Origin: Eledone cirrhosa
Lineage: Eukaryota
Assembly (NCBI GenBank): GCA_964016885.1
Contig: OZ024745.1
Location: 108,872,001-108,936,000 of the forward strand
Length of the DNA: 64,000 nt
Reading direction: 5' to 3'
In this document: positions 36,410-50,329 of the stretch, one piece after another
Numbering within the stretch: position 1 is the first letter of the stretch
How the letters are laid out: each line of letters begins with the position of its first letter
Program-made: the position numbers and the translations under genes
The notes under the pieces: model-generated
Told to the model about the DNA's origin: nothing
Database searches by the model: none
What the model saw: only the letters and a program-made list of their open reading frames with translations

Positions 36410-36822
36410 ATGGATTGTCAGTATCGGTAGAGGGTTGGACGCCATGCTTTGACGCATAGAGTTACGGCTCTTGCCATTCTGAGTTCAAATCCCGTCGAGG
36501 TTAACTTTGCTTTTTACCCTTACGGGGTCGATAAAATAAAGTACCAGTAATGTACTGGGTAATTTCTGGCCTTGTGCCAAAAGTAGAAACAATTATATAT
36601 ATTTCTAATAGTGTAGTTTCTACACTTGGCACAAGGCCGGTAGTTTGAAGGGGGATGGAAAGTCGACTAAATTAATCCAGTGCGTCACTGGTACTTTATT
36701 TTAACGACCCTGTAAGGATGAAAGGCAAAGCTAACCTCGGTGGGATTTGAACTCAGAACGTAATGGACCATAATAAAATACTGCAAAGCATTTTGTCTGT
36801 CTCTCTACCAATTCTGCCAATC
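36410..36822. mobile_element. Adjacent inverted pair of S1 SINEs
   Basis: 36410-36595 (+) and 36615-36822 (-). Confidence 0.87.
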
Positions 36823-37202
36823 CAAATATTGAAAATAAACAAAATTTGGAAATATTTAGTAATATTATTTTATTATTATTAAGATGGTGTTTGGAACATA
36901 GCTTAACACATTCATTATATAAACTGTTTTTAGATAAACATAAACACTTTAAAATAAACAGTTTTGTATCATAGAACCAGGATCAGTTTCAGGTGATTTA
37001 GTAACGGAAGGTGTAAAATTAATAAAAACAGAATTTCGCTCCTTTGTCATCTCTTTAGAGAAAAGAAGCCAAAGTTATGTTTATCAATTAGAAAACCGAA
37101 GAAAATAGTTTATATAACAGAGGTTCCCGAACACACACACACATATATATATAGTTCAAAAGGACAAACGCTACACACACACATACACACACACACACAC
37201 AC

Positions 37203-37257
<55 letters not shown>

Positions 37258-37468
37258 CACATATATATATATACGAAAAATTCGGGACACCGACGGCTGA
37301 GCTCCTGTCGTTTCGAATATTTATATATATATATATATATATATATAAATCGAAAATGCAACTTGAGTCTTTTTAAGAACATTTATTTATTTCCTTTGCG
37401 GGTTTCACAGTTCTTATGCTTTACAAAAATAAAATTGAGATGGAGGGTTTCTGGTTTGTCTCACACAT

Positions 37469-37510
<42 letters not shown>

Positions 37511-37531
37511 GAAGTGCACTGGGTGTGTGTA

Positions 37532-37590
<59 letters not shown>

Positions 37591-37935
37591 TCTTTATTTT
37601 GGCTCAGTGATGACTCATATTACATTTGAGGATCACCAGACAATAACACAGGAAAAGAATACAACAGAATATTAGTTTTAATGCCTGTTATAGTTGTAAA
37701 ATTGTGTAAATGTTTCGGACGCAAATCCTTCACCGGACGATACTATGAGAGAGAGAGGAGAGGCGATGTTTAGGGAGAGAAAAAAAAATAAGAAGGCGGA
37801 CATGTGTAAGAAAAGAAGAAAACGAGAGATAGTTAGATATCTTGAAGAGTTATATATATAAGTGTGGTCGGCTTTCTTGAGGATTTCCTTCGAATGAAAC
37901 AGTTCTAGTCTTGTAGAAGCCATTTCTATATTAAA

Positions 37936-37975
<40 letters not shown>

Positions 37976-38091
37976 ATATTAATAAATGGAAACTATATTT
38001 ATAAAACCATAATTATTTTATTATATATATTTCAAGGGCAACGGTCAAGGTTGTTTTTTCACGGGTGTGTCAACATTTATAAAACAAATTT

Positions 38092-38158
38092 TGTATTTTA
38101 TCTGATGAAAGCGCACCAAAACTGCCTTGGTTGTCCTTGAAATATATATAATAAAATA
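38092..38158 (+). ncRNA. Type I hammerhead ribozyme (family A) in a fold-back element
   Basis: TGTATTTTAT-CTGATGA(38102)-stem II-GAAA(38139)-TATATA-TA|ATAAAATA. Confidence 0.72.
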
Positions 38159-38308
38159 ATTATGGTTTTATAAATATAGTTTCCATTTATTAATATATTG
38201 AACATTTACTCCAGTAACATTGTTGAGTGCTTTATATCAGTTATAAAACTTTTAAGCTTGTTGAATCCCAACAAATTAAATATAACTTTTGCATATATAT
38301 ATATATAT

Positions 38309-38853
38309 ATATTGTTATACTTTGGGAGGGTCATGTTGCCAATAAGAAACACACGCACCAGTTGCTTTCACTTCAATTTATTATATATTTATAAATTCAT
38401 AAATTTACAAATCTACAAACTTACAAATTATAAATTTCTGGTTGGTTGGTTGGTTCCACAACCAGATAGTTGTTTATATATATAGTCATAGTCCTTTCGT
38501 CACACACTCTGTGACCTCTTCAGTGACTGGGGATTCCTTTCTTCGTTTCTGTGCCTTTTCTTTCTTCTATCCTAAAACAAAATGGCGTAGGATAGAAGAA
38601 AGAAAAGGCACAGAAACGAAGAAAGGAATCCCCAGTCACTGAAGAGGTCACAGGGTGTGTGACGAAAGGACTATGACTATATATATAAACAACTATCTGG
38701 TTGTGGAACCAACCAACCAACCAGAAATTTATAATTTGTAAGTTTGTAGATTTGTAAATTTATGAATTTATAAATATATAATAAATTGAAGTGAAAGCAA
38801 CTGGTGCGTGTGTTTCTTATTGGCAACATGACCCTCCCAAAGTATAACAATAT
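38309..38853. repeat. Long palindrome, 266-bp arms, 13-bp spacer
   Basis: 38309-38574 is the reverse complement of 38588-38853 (one mismatch seen). Degenerate single-arm homolog at about 9510-9743. Confidence 0.92.
38634..38678 (+). ncRNA. Minimal type I hammerhead (family D), right arm of a 545-bp palindrome
   Basis: AGTCA-CTGAAGA-G-GTCACA gggtg TGTGAC-GAAA-GGAC-TA|TGACT; stem III is minimal. Mirror copy on the minus strand at 38484-38528. Confidence 0.72.
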
Positions 38854-38907
38854 CGGTTTCAACACACGATTTCAGATAAAGAATCTTGCTAAACAAATTC
38901 AGAAACG

Positions 38908-38959
<52 letters not shown>

Positions 38960-39007
38960 AGTTAATAAATGTTCTAAACTAAAACTTGATCGTTTTAACA
39001 CTTTGTA

Positions 39008-39098
<91 letters not shown>

Positions 39099-39278
39099 AT
39101 AATAATAAAATTGAAGACTAAAATCCAAAGAGGGCTCGATAAGGAAAATATATATCAAATATATAAGAACCGTAGAGCAAATATTTATTAAAATAAATAT
39201 AATATATATATTAAAATAAATATAATATATAAAATAAATATAATATATAAAATAAATATAATATATAAAATAAATATA

Positions 39279-39321
<43 letters not shown>

Positions 39322-39394
39322 TATATGCACACACATACACACACACTCACTCAGTTGTGGGTCTACCAGCATGTGTGCACATATATATATGTGT

Positions 39395-39472
<78 letters not shown>

Positions 39473-39841
39473 GTGTGTGTGTGCGTGTTTGTGTGCATGT
39501 GTATGTATAAAATGTATGGGGCGAAAGCCGCAAACATGTGGGAGCAGTGTATATGCATATATCCCAAAAGACAACATTGTTCAGAAGTAATGAGCGATTG
39601 GTTGTCACTTATTATCAAGACATCTGTACTTTAACTTGTCGGTTGTTTAGGATAAGGTCATCATTTGCGACTGCTGAAAGACGTTTACGCCCATAGTGGG
39701 ACATGTTTTTGCGAACCCACGACGGAACTTTTACATGGCTGCTCATCCGCGTAGAAATAGCAGCCAAATCTCGCTCGCATCTAACATTACTGACATATCT
39801 CATATCGTGTCTCCGCGCGTATACATATGTATGTGTGTGTG

Positions 39842-39876
<35 letters not shown>

Positions 39877-40429
39877 GTGTTCACGTATATGTGTGTGTCG
39901 AACCTCTTCCAGTGGTTTGACCAATGGGACATCCCTTTTGTATAATATCAGCGTACAAGTGGCTGAGCATTCCACAGACACCTGCACCCATAGCTTACTT
40001 CAGATTGGATACAGTGTGACTCTGTGTGACAAAGCTGACCCTTCAGGTATAACTCATTTTTTTTTAACAGGTATAACTTATTTTTTTTTTCAGCTGAATG
40101 AACTGAAGCAACGTTAAATAAAGTGTCTTGCTCAAGGGTAAAACGTACGGCCGGAAATCAAACTCACGATGGTAAGCCGAACACCCTAACCACCAAGACA
40201 TTCTCCTTTTGTATTTTTAAATACGTATGTACCCGTAACTCTCGAAGGAGTCGTAGCAACACTGTAGTAGCATACGGCGTTTGGGGGCATTTTAAAAAAA
40301 AAACTTGGCGGACCTCATCCCTCTCCATGCCTGAACACAGCTGATTGCTTCCAGAGAAAGAGGAGAGAGGTTAAGAATCATAGAGAGGAAGCGAGAAAGA
40401 GATTTAGAGGGAGAATCGCCACCATTACT

Positions 40430-40787
40430 GAACCGGTATTTTTTTTATCGATCTCGAAAGGATGAAAGGCAAAATTGAGGCTGGCGGGATTTGAACTCAG
40501 AGAGCAATGAGCCGGAACCAATACCGCAAGGCATTCTATCCGATGTTCTCCCAACTCTGGCGATTCGCCGCTTATTTCTAGATATACTATATCCAAATAA
40601 TCGTTTCTTCGTTTGGCACAAGGCCAGCAATTATCTCAGTGCATTACTGGTACTTTATTTTATCGACCCCGTAAGGATGAAAGGCAAAGGTAACGTCGGC
40701 GGGATTTGAACTCCGACCGCAAAGGACCGTAACTCTGTGCTGCAACGCATGGCGTCCGATCCTCCACCGGTACTGCCAATCCACCCA
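40430..40787 (-). mobile_element. Two S1-type SINEs (one diverged)
   Basis: 40597-40787 with TSD CCAAATAAT; an older copy at 40430-40570. Confidence 0.82.
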
Positions 40788-40822
40788 AATAATATGCCTT
40801 ACTGTCAGAGCTAGACCATTAT

Positions 40823-41420
40823 TGATCATAAGTCTACATGGTCATAAGTCTACATTGTCATAAGTCTACATGGTCATAAGTCTACATCATCATAAGTCTA
40901 CATGGTCATAAGTCTACATGATCATAAGTCTACATGGTCATAAGTCTACATGGTCATAAGTCTACATGATCATAAGTCTACATTGTCATAAGTCTGCATG
41001 GTCATATGTCTACATGGTCATAAGTCTACATGGTCATAAGTCTACATGGTCATAAGTCTACATTGTCATAAGTCTACATTGTCATAAGTCTACATGGTCA
41101 TAAGTCTACATTGTCATAAGTCTACATGGTCATAAGTCTACATTGTCATAAGTCTACATGGTCATAAGTTTACATTGTCATAAGTCTACATTGTCATAAG
41201 TCTACATTGTCATAAGTCTACATTGTCATAAGTCTACATTGTCATAAGTCTACATGGTCATAAGTCTACATTGTCATAAGTCTACATGGTCATAAGTCTA
41301 CATTGTCATAAGTCTACATGGTCATAAGTCTACATTGTCATAAGTCTACATGGTCATAAGTCTACATGGTCATAAGTCTACATTGTCATAAGTCTACATT
41401 GTCATAAGTCTACATGATCA
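40823..41420. repeat. 16-bp minisatellite (~37 copies)
   Basis: GTCATAAGTCTACAT(G/T). Confidence 0.95.
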
Positions 41421-41429
41421 TCACAACTT

Positions 41430-41680
41430 GGTAGTTCTAAACAACAAGCAACATTACCCCGTTATCCGGTTGCTCTCCAATGGGTTTGTGGTCGAACCTA
41501 TAGCAGTAGAGACTTCCGGCGTTCTTGGTACTCGGAGTCATAACCCTACTCTCTACAATCAGGACGGAGAGCTGGCTACCAGTCGGAGAGGGTGAGAGCC
41601 CAGCGGAACGGCTATTCCAACACGTCTCCTCTGAGGCAATGTTTAGTCATTTCCCTCCACTCAGACCATTAGGTGATCTG
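41430..41680 (+). mobile_element. CRE-clade REL endonuclease fragment, decayed
   Basis: FVVEPIAVETSGVLG..RLFQHVS. Confidence 0.6.
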
Positions 41681-41753
41681 CACGTGGGCTCACACACACA
41701 CAACACTAGGGTAGCGATGCTGAGACGTAAAATTGGACTCCAACGTTGTGGGT

Positions 41754-41815
<62 letters not shown>

Positions 41816-41923
41816 GTGTGTGTGCGTGCGTGTGGGTGCGCGTGTGTGCGTGCGTGTGTGTGTGCGTGTGTTTGCTTGTGTGTGTGTGCGTGTGTGTGCG
41901 TGCGTGTACGTGTGTGCGTGTGT

Positions 41924-41984
<61 letters not shown>

Positions 41985-42164
41985 CGCCACCCAAACGATG
42001 TACATTGACACATGAAACTAGATAATATACGTAGGAGGTAAATTATCTGAAACTCTGGGCTGGAGACTGCAGAACCTGTATTATAGTATTTCATTTCACT
42101 ATTTTCAGTTTTTTACTTTAAACATATTCGATAAAATAAATACTGGTATTACAACATTACTTTA

Positions 42165-42730
42165 CACACGTAGACAACACTACTACACACCTAGACAACA
42201 CTACTACACATCTACACCACACTATAGCACACCTAGACAGCACTACTACACACCTAGACAGCACTACTACACACCTAGACAACACTATTACACATCTACA
42301 CCACACTACTACACACCTAGACAACACTATCACACATCTACACCACACTATAGCACACCTAGACAGCACTACTACACACCTACACCACACTATAGCACAC
42401 CTAGACAGCACTACTACACACCTACACTACACTATAACACACCTAGACAGCACTGCTACACACCTAGACAACACTACTAGACACCTAGACAACACTACTA
42501 CACACCTAGACAACACTACTACACACCTAGACAACACTACTAGACACCTAGACAACACTACTACACACCTAGACAACACTACTACACACCTAGACAACAC
42601 TACTACACACCTAGACAACATTATTACACTATAAGATACCTAGAAGACACTACTACACTCTACTATTACAGACTTAGACAGCACTACTACACCACACTAT
42701 TACACACCCAGACAACACTACTACACCATA
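42165..42730. repeat. 21-bp minisatellite
   Basis: ACACCTAGACAACACTACTAC. Confidence 0.92.
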
Positions 42731-42957
42731 CTATCACTCACACAGGAACGCTCATCACTATAGCGTTTCACCAGCCCCTTCCTTCCTCAATCATTACATA
42801 GATGTGTGTGTATGTAATGAGGTTGACTTTGCCTTTCATCCTTACGGGGTCGATAAAATAAAGTACCAGTAATGCACTGAGTATTTGCTGGCCTTGTGCC
42901 TAAAGTAGAAACAATTATTTTGTATAATGTGTTTATTTATGAATATCTATGAGAAGA

Positions 42958-43050
<93 letters not shown>

Positions 43051-43269
43051 ACTACTGTTGCCTGTGTATCTGTGTATGTATTTATGTGTAGATGTATGTG
43101 TATGTAACTAAAGCGTAACGTATGAACGAATGGACGAAACATACCAAGAATTATAATAAGATCTTATATTTTAAATGTAATTTGACAATAAAACGAAGCA
43201 ATATGAATATGTATGCATCAAGACTTCGTTCTTGCAAAGTTATTTATTACTTATAATCCTCCATGTGAT

Positions 43270-43595
43270 TGCGTGTGGCTTAAAGTTTAGAGCACTAGGC
43301 TTACAATTAAGAGGTTGTGAGTTCGATTTCGGACCCAGGGGTGCGTTTTTGTTCTTGAGCACGACACTTTATTTTTCGTTACTCCAATAAAAAAAAATAT
43401 GAGTTGCCACGTCACTGGTGCTAAGCTGTATCGGCCTTCCCCTTAGACAACATTGGTGTCGTTGATAGGGGAGACTTGTATACATAGGTGACTACTGGTT
43501 TTCCACAAAAAACATTGCTTGGTTTTGTGCCACTGAGGGAAATTTCCAGGTGCAAAACCGCATGGTCATTCGTGACCAAAGGAGTTCTTTACTTT
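43270..43595 (+). mobile_element. CORE-type SINE with a longer tail
   Basis: GCGTGTGGCTTAAAG..GAGTTCGATTTC..TTCTTGAGCACGACACTTTATTT. Confidence 0.65.
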
Positions 43596-43674
43596 ATCTG
43601 TTTTAGATCGAAATCTCTAAATCTGAAAGCTATATTTTTAGGATGTCCAGCTCTTTTATGAGCTGTTTATAACG

Positions 43675-44460
43675 ATTTCTGATTTAGACACAAGAACAAC
43701 AATCTTGGGGAGGGATGAGAAAGTCGATTAAATAATCGACCCCAGTGCATTACTGATGCTTTATTTATCAACCCCGTAAGGATGAAACGCAAAGCAAACC
43801 TCGTCGGGATTTGAACTCACAGCATAAAGAGCAATAACTCTATGCCGCGAAGCATGTTGTCAGACATTCTACCGATACTGCCAATCCATTACCCTTGCAC
43901 TATTTATAACATAATTTAAGAACACTAAGTAGGTTTCAACGTTGAATTTTTGGGGGACATCAAATAGTTCTCTGCCATTTCCTCATGATTTCCATGTCTT
44001 TTACGTTTTCGCTACTGCTTGTATTCCATATTATTATTATTATCACATTTTTGAGGGCGGGGTATTGGCAGTATCGGTCGAGCGTCGGACACAATGCTTT
44101 GCAGCATAGAGTTATGGCCCTTTACGTTCTGAGTTCAAATCCTGCCGAGGTTAACTTTGCCTTTCATCCTTACGGGGTCGATAAAATAAAGTACCAGTAA
44201 CGCACTGGCGTTGATTTAATCGACTCTCCCCTTTCCCCAAATTGTTGGTCTTGTGCCTAAATGAGAAACCTCTTGGATTGGCAGTACCGGTAGAGGGTCG
44301 GATGCCATGCTTGCGGCATAGAGTTACGCCCCTTTACGGTCTGAGTTCAAATCCCGCCGAGATTAACTTTGCCTTTCATCCTCACGGGGTCGATAAAATA
44401 AAGTACCAGTAATACACTAGGATAATTGCTGGCCTTACGCGAAAGGTGGAAACAATTATT
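43675..44460. mobile_element. Three S1 SINEs
   Basis: 43675-43890 (-), 44055-44270 (+), 44275-44460 (+). Confidence 0.86.
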
Positions 44461-45119
44461 ATAACACCTGCTTTATTCTCAGTCTGTTTGAATTGAGATT
44501 CATACTCATTTTGCAAGTTCTTCAAATATATGAGGATTTGTTACAAAATCCAAACTACCTTCCTGTAAATATAAGATTTGTTTAGCATCTACCCTAGAAT
44601 AAACTAAGAATGTATATGCACTGAGCTGTTTAGAAGTACATTTTTTTGTTTGTTTTTCTTTTGTCTTACTATCCGAAAATCTTTGTAGAGCAGCTACAAG
44701 TACTGGTAAATTCTGCAAACCTGTCTCTGCTGCTACATTTCTTTAGAGTCAGTGCGGTAGGGTATGATTTGAGGAAGATTTGGCTGCTATTTCTAGCAGG
44801 CATATGTTACCACATAGAGGTTCTCTCTGGCTTGCTTTATAATCTACCATTTGAATCATTCTAGTCAGTTACTGATTAAATTGTTTTGACTGTTTATAGA
44901 TACAGCAGTGTTGATGTTTAAAATAAAATTTCCGAAAAAACTTTTTTTTTAAGCAGCAAAATAATTACAGTAGGATTTAAAAAATCCACGCTAGCCAGTT
45001 GCAAGAATCTTCAGCCATATTTTAAGAACTGGTCATATTGATATTTCAGTTCCGGCATCTTTAGAGCGGCACTTCATTTAACGTTGCTCCACACACCTCA
45101 GCTGAAACAAATTAGTATC

Positions 45120-45303
45120 AATAATTGTTTCTACTTTAGGCACAAGGCCAGCAATTATCCAGTGCATTACTGGTACTTTATTTTATCGACCCCGTAAGGA
45201 TGAAAGGCAAAGTCAACCTCGGCGGGATTTGAACTCAGATCGTAAAGGGACGTAACTATGCTGGAAAGCATGGCATCCGACCCTCTACTGATACTGACAA
45301 TCC
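45120..45303 (-). mobile_element. S1 SINE (young subfamily)
   Basis: Family consensus. Confidence 0.9.
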
Positions 45304-45365
45304 CTAACGGCTAACATTGTGATAGACTATCACCTCGTCAGTTATGTATTCTTAGTTACTTAATG

Positions 45366-45550
45366 TAGACCTGTCAACCTCTAAAACCCCAATCATGAAA
45401 AAAGTGCCTTAAAATAGGGAGAAATGAGGCAAAATGGGGAGATTTTACATAATGAAAGCTGTACCCATTTTCACAAAAGAAGACATCTCTCACCCACCCC
45501 AAAGTGGGTGGGAGATCTCCCCGTCGGATGGGGGAGAGTTAACAGGTCTG
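45366..45550. mobile_element. hAT-like MITE
   Basis: TIR AGACCTGT(C/T)AAC with flanking CTTAATG duplication; inverted second copy at 52899-53083. Confidence 0.75.
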
Positions 45551-45829
45551 CTTAATGCCACATGAAACCAACATAAGATCTGACCTTAGGAACCTTTTCA
45601 TTACCATATTTCTAATGAAAGACATTGCGTATTGTTTTCAAATAATTTTGAAAATAATTAAGTATTTGCAAGAATTAAGATAGTGTTTCGAACATAACAA
45701 AGGTTCTAACATAAAATTATGAGAGGTTTTAGATAAATAGACTTTAAAACAAACAGATTTCTATCGCAGAACCAAGTATGATTTCAAACGATTTGGATAC
45801 TGTATTATTATGTGAAAAGCACATAACAA

Positions 45830-46455
45830 ATACCGCAAAGTTCATTATCACGCCGCCAGAGCGCAGGCCGGTTCCTCCGACATGCCACTCTCAACGACAA
45901 AATGAGGAGACTCGACGCAGCCGGCTTCTCGTCATAACTGGAGCCAGTAGGCATCGATCGAAATGACGGCAAACGCCCCGATGGAATTACTCTCTTCCCT
46001 TTCGAAGGAGGTAAATCCCTCATCTGGGACGCGACATGATGTGACACGTTCTCCGTCTCCAACTTGAGAACGTGTCGCAATGCAGAGGACGGGAAGACAA
46101 GCAAACACCAGAGCTTGTCCAGCTGCTTCCTCTTTGCATCTTTCGCCGTCGAGACCTCGTTTACCATAGGACCCCGGACAGCTGATTTCCTCCGCAAAAT
46201 CGGATCGATAGCAGCCCATCTGAGGAAGCAGCCCCGCGAGGTGGGGTAGCTGTTGCAGTGTGTGTCTCTGGCCATTGTCCATAGAGCGCTGCTGAAACAC
46301 CGCTCTGACTTAGGTGTAGAGTCTGTCACTCTCTCCACTTCCCTCTTTGTCTACTAGTCCTTGCACTTGCCTTCCTTTTCCTCTCATTTATGGCATTTAT
46401 AGCCCTTTCCAATGCTGCTTTCTTTATCTGTATGTTTAATCAAACAAAAGAAAAC
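45830..46455 (+). mobile_element. CRE-clade non-LTR retrotransposon 3' fragment (restriction-like endonuclease), decayed
   Basis: [66 protein letters not shown], with internal stops. Confidence 0.82.
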
Positions 46456-46502
46456 CCTGAGAGAGAGAGGGAGAGAGAGAGAGAGAGAGTAAGAGAGAGA
46501 GA

Positions 46503-46577
<75 letters not shown>

Positions 46578-46619
46578 TGTATGTGTGTTGTCGTTTTTGT
46601 AGTTTCTGTTCTGGTTTTT

Positions 46620-46932
46620 CCCGTCGAGGTTAACTTTGCCTTTCATCCTTACGGGGTCGATAAAATAAAGTACCAGTAATGCACTGGGGTAATTGCTGGC
46701 CTTGTGTCAAAAGTAGAAACAATTATTTTTAAAATTAAGGGCGGTGGATTGGCAGTATCGGTAGAGGGTCGGACGCCATGCTTCGCGGCATGGAGTTATG
46801 ACCCTTTACGTTCTGAGTTCAAATCGCACCGAGGTTAATTTTGTTTTTAATCCTTACGGGGTCGATAAAATAAAGTACCAGTAATGCACTGGATTAATTG
46901 CTGGCCTTGTGCAAAAAGTAGAAACAATTATT
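46620..46932 (+). mobile_element. Two stacked S1 SINEs
   Basis: [13 protein letters not shown](A/C)AAATT at 46721-46736 and 46926-46941. Confidence 0.88.
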
Positions 46933-47078
46933 TTTCAAATTTTCACCAATTAAGAAAGATTCGGTTTCTAACACTGAAAGAAAACTCTTTCATTGGAATT
47001 TAGTAAACATCAACTAGGTGATTCTATTTGTATCTATGAATTTATCTATATATGTATATATGTATGTACGTATGTTTT

Positions 47079-47111
<33 letters not shown>

Positions 47112-47273
47112 ATGTATGTGTGTGTGTATGTATGTATGTATGTATGTGTGTATATATATATATGTGCATATGTAGATCTGTATATTTTGAGTTATAAGGG
47201 CACATATACATATTATATATGTATGTATGTATCTGCATATATGTATCTTTGCATGCATGTATGTATGTATGTA

Positions 47274-47304
<31 letters not shown>

Positions 47305-47447
47305 ATATGTATATATGTATATATGTATGTATGTCTGTATGTATGTATGTATGTATGTATGCGTATATATATATGTATATATGTATATATGTATATATGT
47401 ATGTATGTCTGTATGTATGTATGTACGTATATATATATATATGTATG

Positions 47448-47514
<67 letters not shown>

Positions 47515-47850
47515 ACATGTATGTATGTATGTATGTATGTACGTATTTATGTATATTTACATATCACATTCAGAAAACTCAGATTTATAGGTGTATGATA
47601 AGTACATATATTCCTGCCCACGCACACACACATACGAACACACATACACACACACAACCACACACACGCACACACACACACACACGCGCGCGCCATTTTC
47701 ACATAGTTTCCGTATATTTACACTTTAGCGAAAATTGGTTTACAGTCGGATAAAATCTGTTCCGTTTATCCAATCTATAAAATTCCGATGAAAGAACTTA
47801 AAACGAGAAAGGAGAAGAGAAAAGAAATTAAGATGTCTTTTTATAAACAG

Positions 47851-47954
<104 letters not shown>

Positions 47955-48007
47955 ATATATATATGTATGTATATATATATATGTATGTATATATATATAG
48001 GTATATG

Positions 48008-48037
<30 letters not shown>

Positions 48038-48039
<2 letters not shown>

Positions 48040-48118
48040 GGTGTCCCCCAAAAGATGTATACACACTTCAACAGCATTATAATCGAAATGTGTAAACATT
48101 TTTGAGGACACATTGTGT
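48038..48118. mobile_element. Tiny mariner-like MITE
   Basis: Imperfect TIRs GTGTCC.C.AAAA.ATGT.TACAC in (TA)n. Confidence 0.55.
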
Positions 48119-48179
48119 ATATATATAGATATACATACATATGTTTATATACATGCTCACACACACACACACATATATG

Positions 48180-48235
<56 letters not shown>

Positions 48236-48279
48236 TGTGAGTGTGTGTGTGTATATATATATATATATACATGCATATA

Positions 48280-48385
<106 letters not shown>

Positions 48386-48699
48386 CACACACAGACAAAT
48401 AGATACATGCATGGATATATATAGATAGAGAAACAGACTTATACAAACAAAACACAAACGGTAGAAAACTGTTCTTTTAGAACAGATTATTTTAGCATGG
48501 AAATGTTTCAAAGAGTTGATGGCCATTCTGCTATCCATCTGTGGTGCCACGTGGCGAAATAACACGCTTGAAGAATAAACAAGATCGCGTCTCTTATTTT
48601 TTATTTTAACTGGAATATGAAACAAAGGTTCGTGTGTACCAGGCGGAAATCGAAATAAGACTGCCTGTTGAAATAAATATACGGAATAATGAGTATATA

Positions 48700-48941
48700 C
48701 AGTGGAACCTTGGTTCACAGTCTTAATTTATTCATGAAGGACGTTCGTCAACCGAAATGTTCGTAAGCCGAAACTATTTTTCCTATACGAAATGTTGAGA
48801 GAGAAATACAGTGAAAGAGGGAGAGAGAGACTGTGTGTGAAAGACAGGTAGGTAATCCCATAGTAACTAACTACACAGCACAATTTGTGAATCGAGACGT
48901 TTTATGTTCGGAAAAATTGTTCGTGAACCGAGGTTCCGCTG
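48700..48941. mobile_element. Tc1/mariner (pogo/Tigger-like) MITE
   Basis: TA|CAGTGGAACCTTGGTTCAC ... GTGAACCGAGGTTCCGCTG. Confidence 0.8.
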
Positions 48942-49019
48942 TGTGGGCGTGAAAGTTTTGCAAGAGATGTCAACATGAATTGACCTGTTATTTTTATCTA
49001 AAGACATTTTTTCCAATTC

Positions 49020-49345
49020 CACCCCACCCGTCCCCTCAATCTATCTTATTTTTCATTCTTTCTTCTGATGAAGGACTAACGTCCGAAACGTTTCGTTCTC
49101 TCTCTCTCTCTCTCTCTCCTTTCCCCCCCCCTGTCGAACTTGGGCGAAATTCTTTCCTTGCTCACATTTCTACCAGGTTCGATGGTCTTTCGTCTCTTGT
49201 TCACGATTTCACAGAGTTTATATTCATAGAGATCTGGGACTTGTCTATTTCTACTCACTTTCCGTTGCTATAACCCTTTTGTTGTTACTCTAATGTCCCC
49301 CTTTATTTACGTGTCCTAACGACTTTTTTTACCCGTTGTTCGCAC
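49020..49345 (+). mobile_element. Probable Penelope-like terminal remnant with hammerhead core
   Basis: CTGATGA-A-GGAC taac GTCC-GAAA-CG-TT at 49075-49092; stem I is not pairable. Confidence 0.4.
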
Positions 49346-49419
49346 CAACCTGAGGCATATGGCCCTTAAAGCGATGAAATGCCGAGGACGGTTGGAGGGT
49401 CACTGATGAGGACTCACTT

Positions 49420-49470
<51 letters not shown>

Positions 49471-49499
49471 ATATATATATATGTATACATATATGTATA

Positions 49500-49709
<210 letters not shown>

Positions 49710-49792
49710 GTATACTCCAGTCCTACAAACTGTAGAGTGCTTCTTATCCAATATCTGCATTGCTTTATTGTACTACAATAAAACTCACCTCC

Positions 49793-49916
<124 letters not shown>

Positions 49917-50329
49917 AATTGACTTATAACCAAATCTCCAAACATCCTTGGAACTTACCAACTTTTCAACCATCCTCTTACGTCATCACCTATATAACTC
50001 ACCCACACACACACCCCAAACATTTTTTTTTCTCCACACGCCACCCACACCCACAACACGCTTAAACCCCACACACACGTGCTTCCCACCACATATTTAC
50101 ACCCTCAGCCTCCTGATTCCTCTCCCCCCACCCCCCTATCCACACACGCACAGACACTCCGACCTACAAAAACACCCCCCACACACACCTCTTCCTGAAC
50201 ATGCAACCACGTTCTTCCCCCAACCCTCACTTTCACATACACACACACGCACCACCTTCAGCCCTCCCCGCTAGGACACCCGTCTCCCTCTCCCCATTCC
50301 ACCCGCCACCACCCCTACTCACCCCACAC

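Noticed and set aside
37700-37745. Minus-strand hammerhead (CCGGTGA..GAAA)
   Set aside because: Two core mutations and no stem I; at most a decayed remnant.
40823-41420. CRISPR-like regular arrays (also 10172-10476 and 42165-42730)
   Set aside because: Contiguous tandem units with no unique spacers, no cas genes, and a eukaryotic context.
44506-44718. 70-aa minus-strand ORF as a host exon
   Set aside because: No recognisable domain and no polypyrimidine acceptor; unsupported without transcript data.
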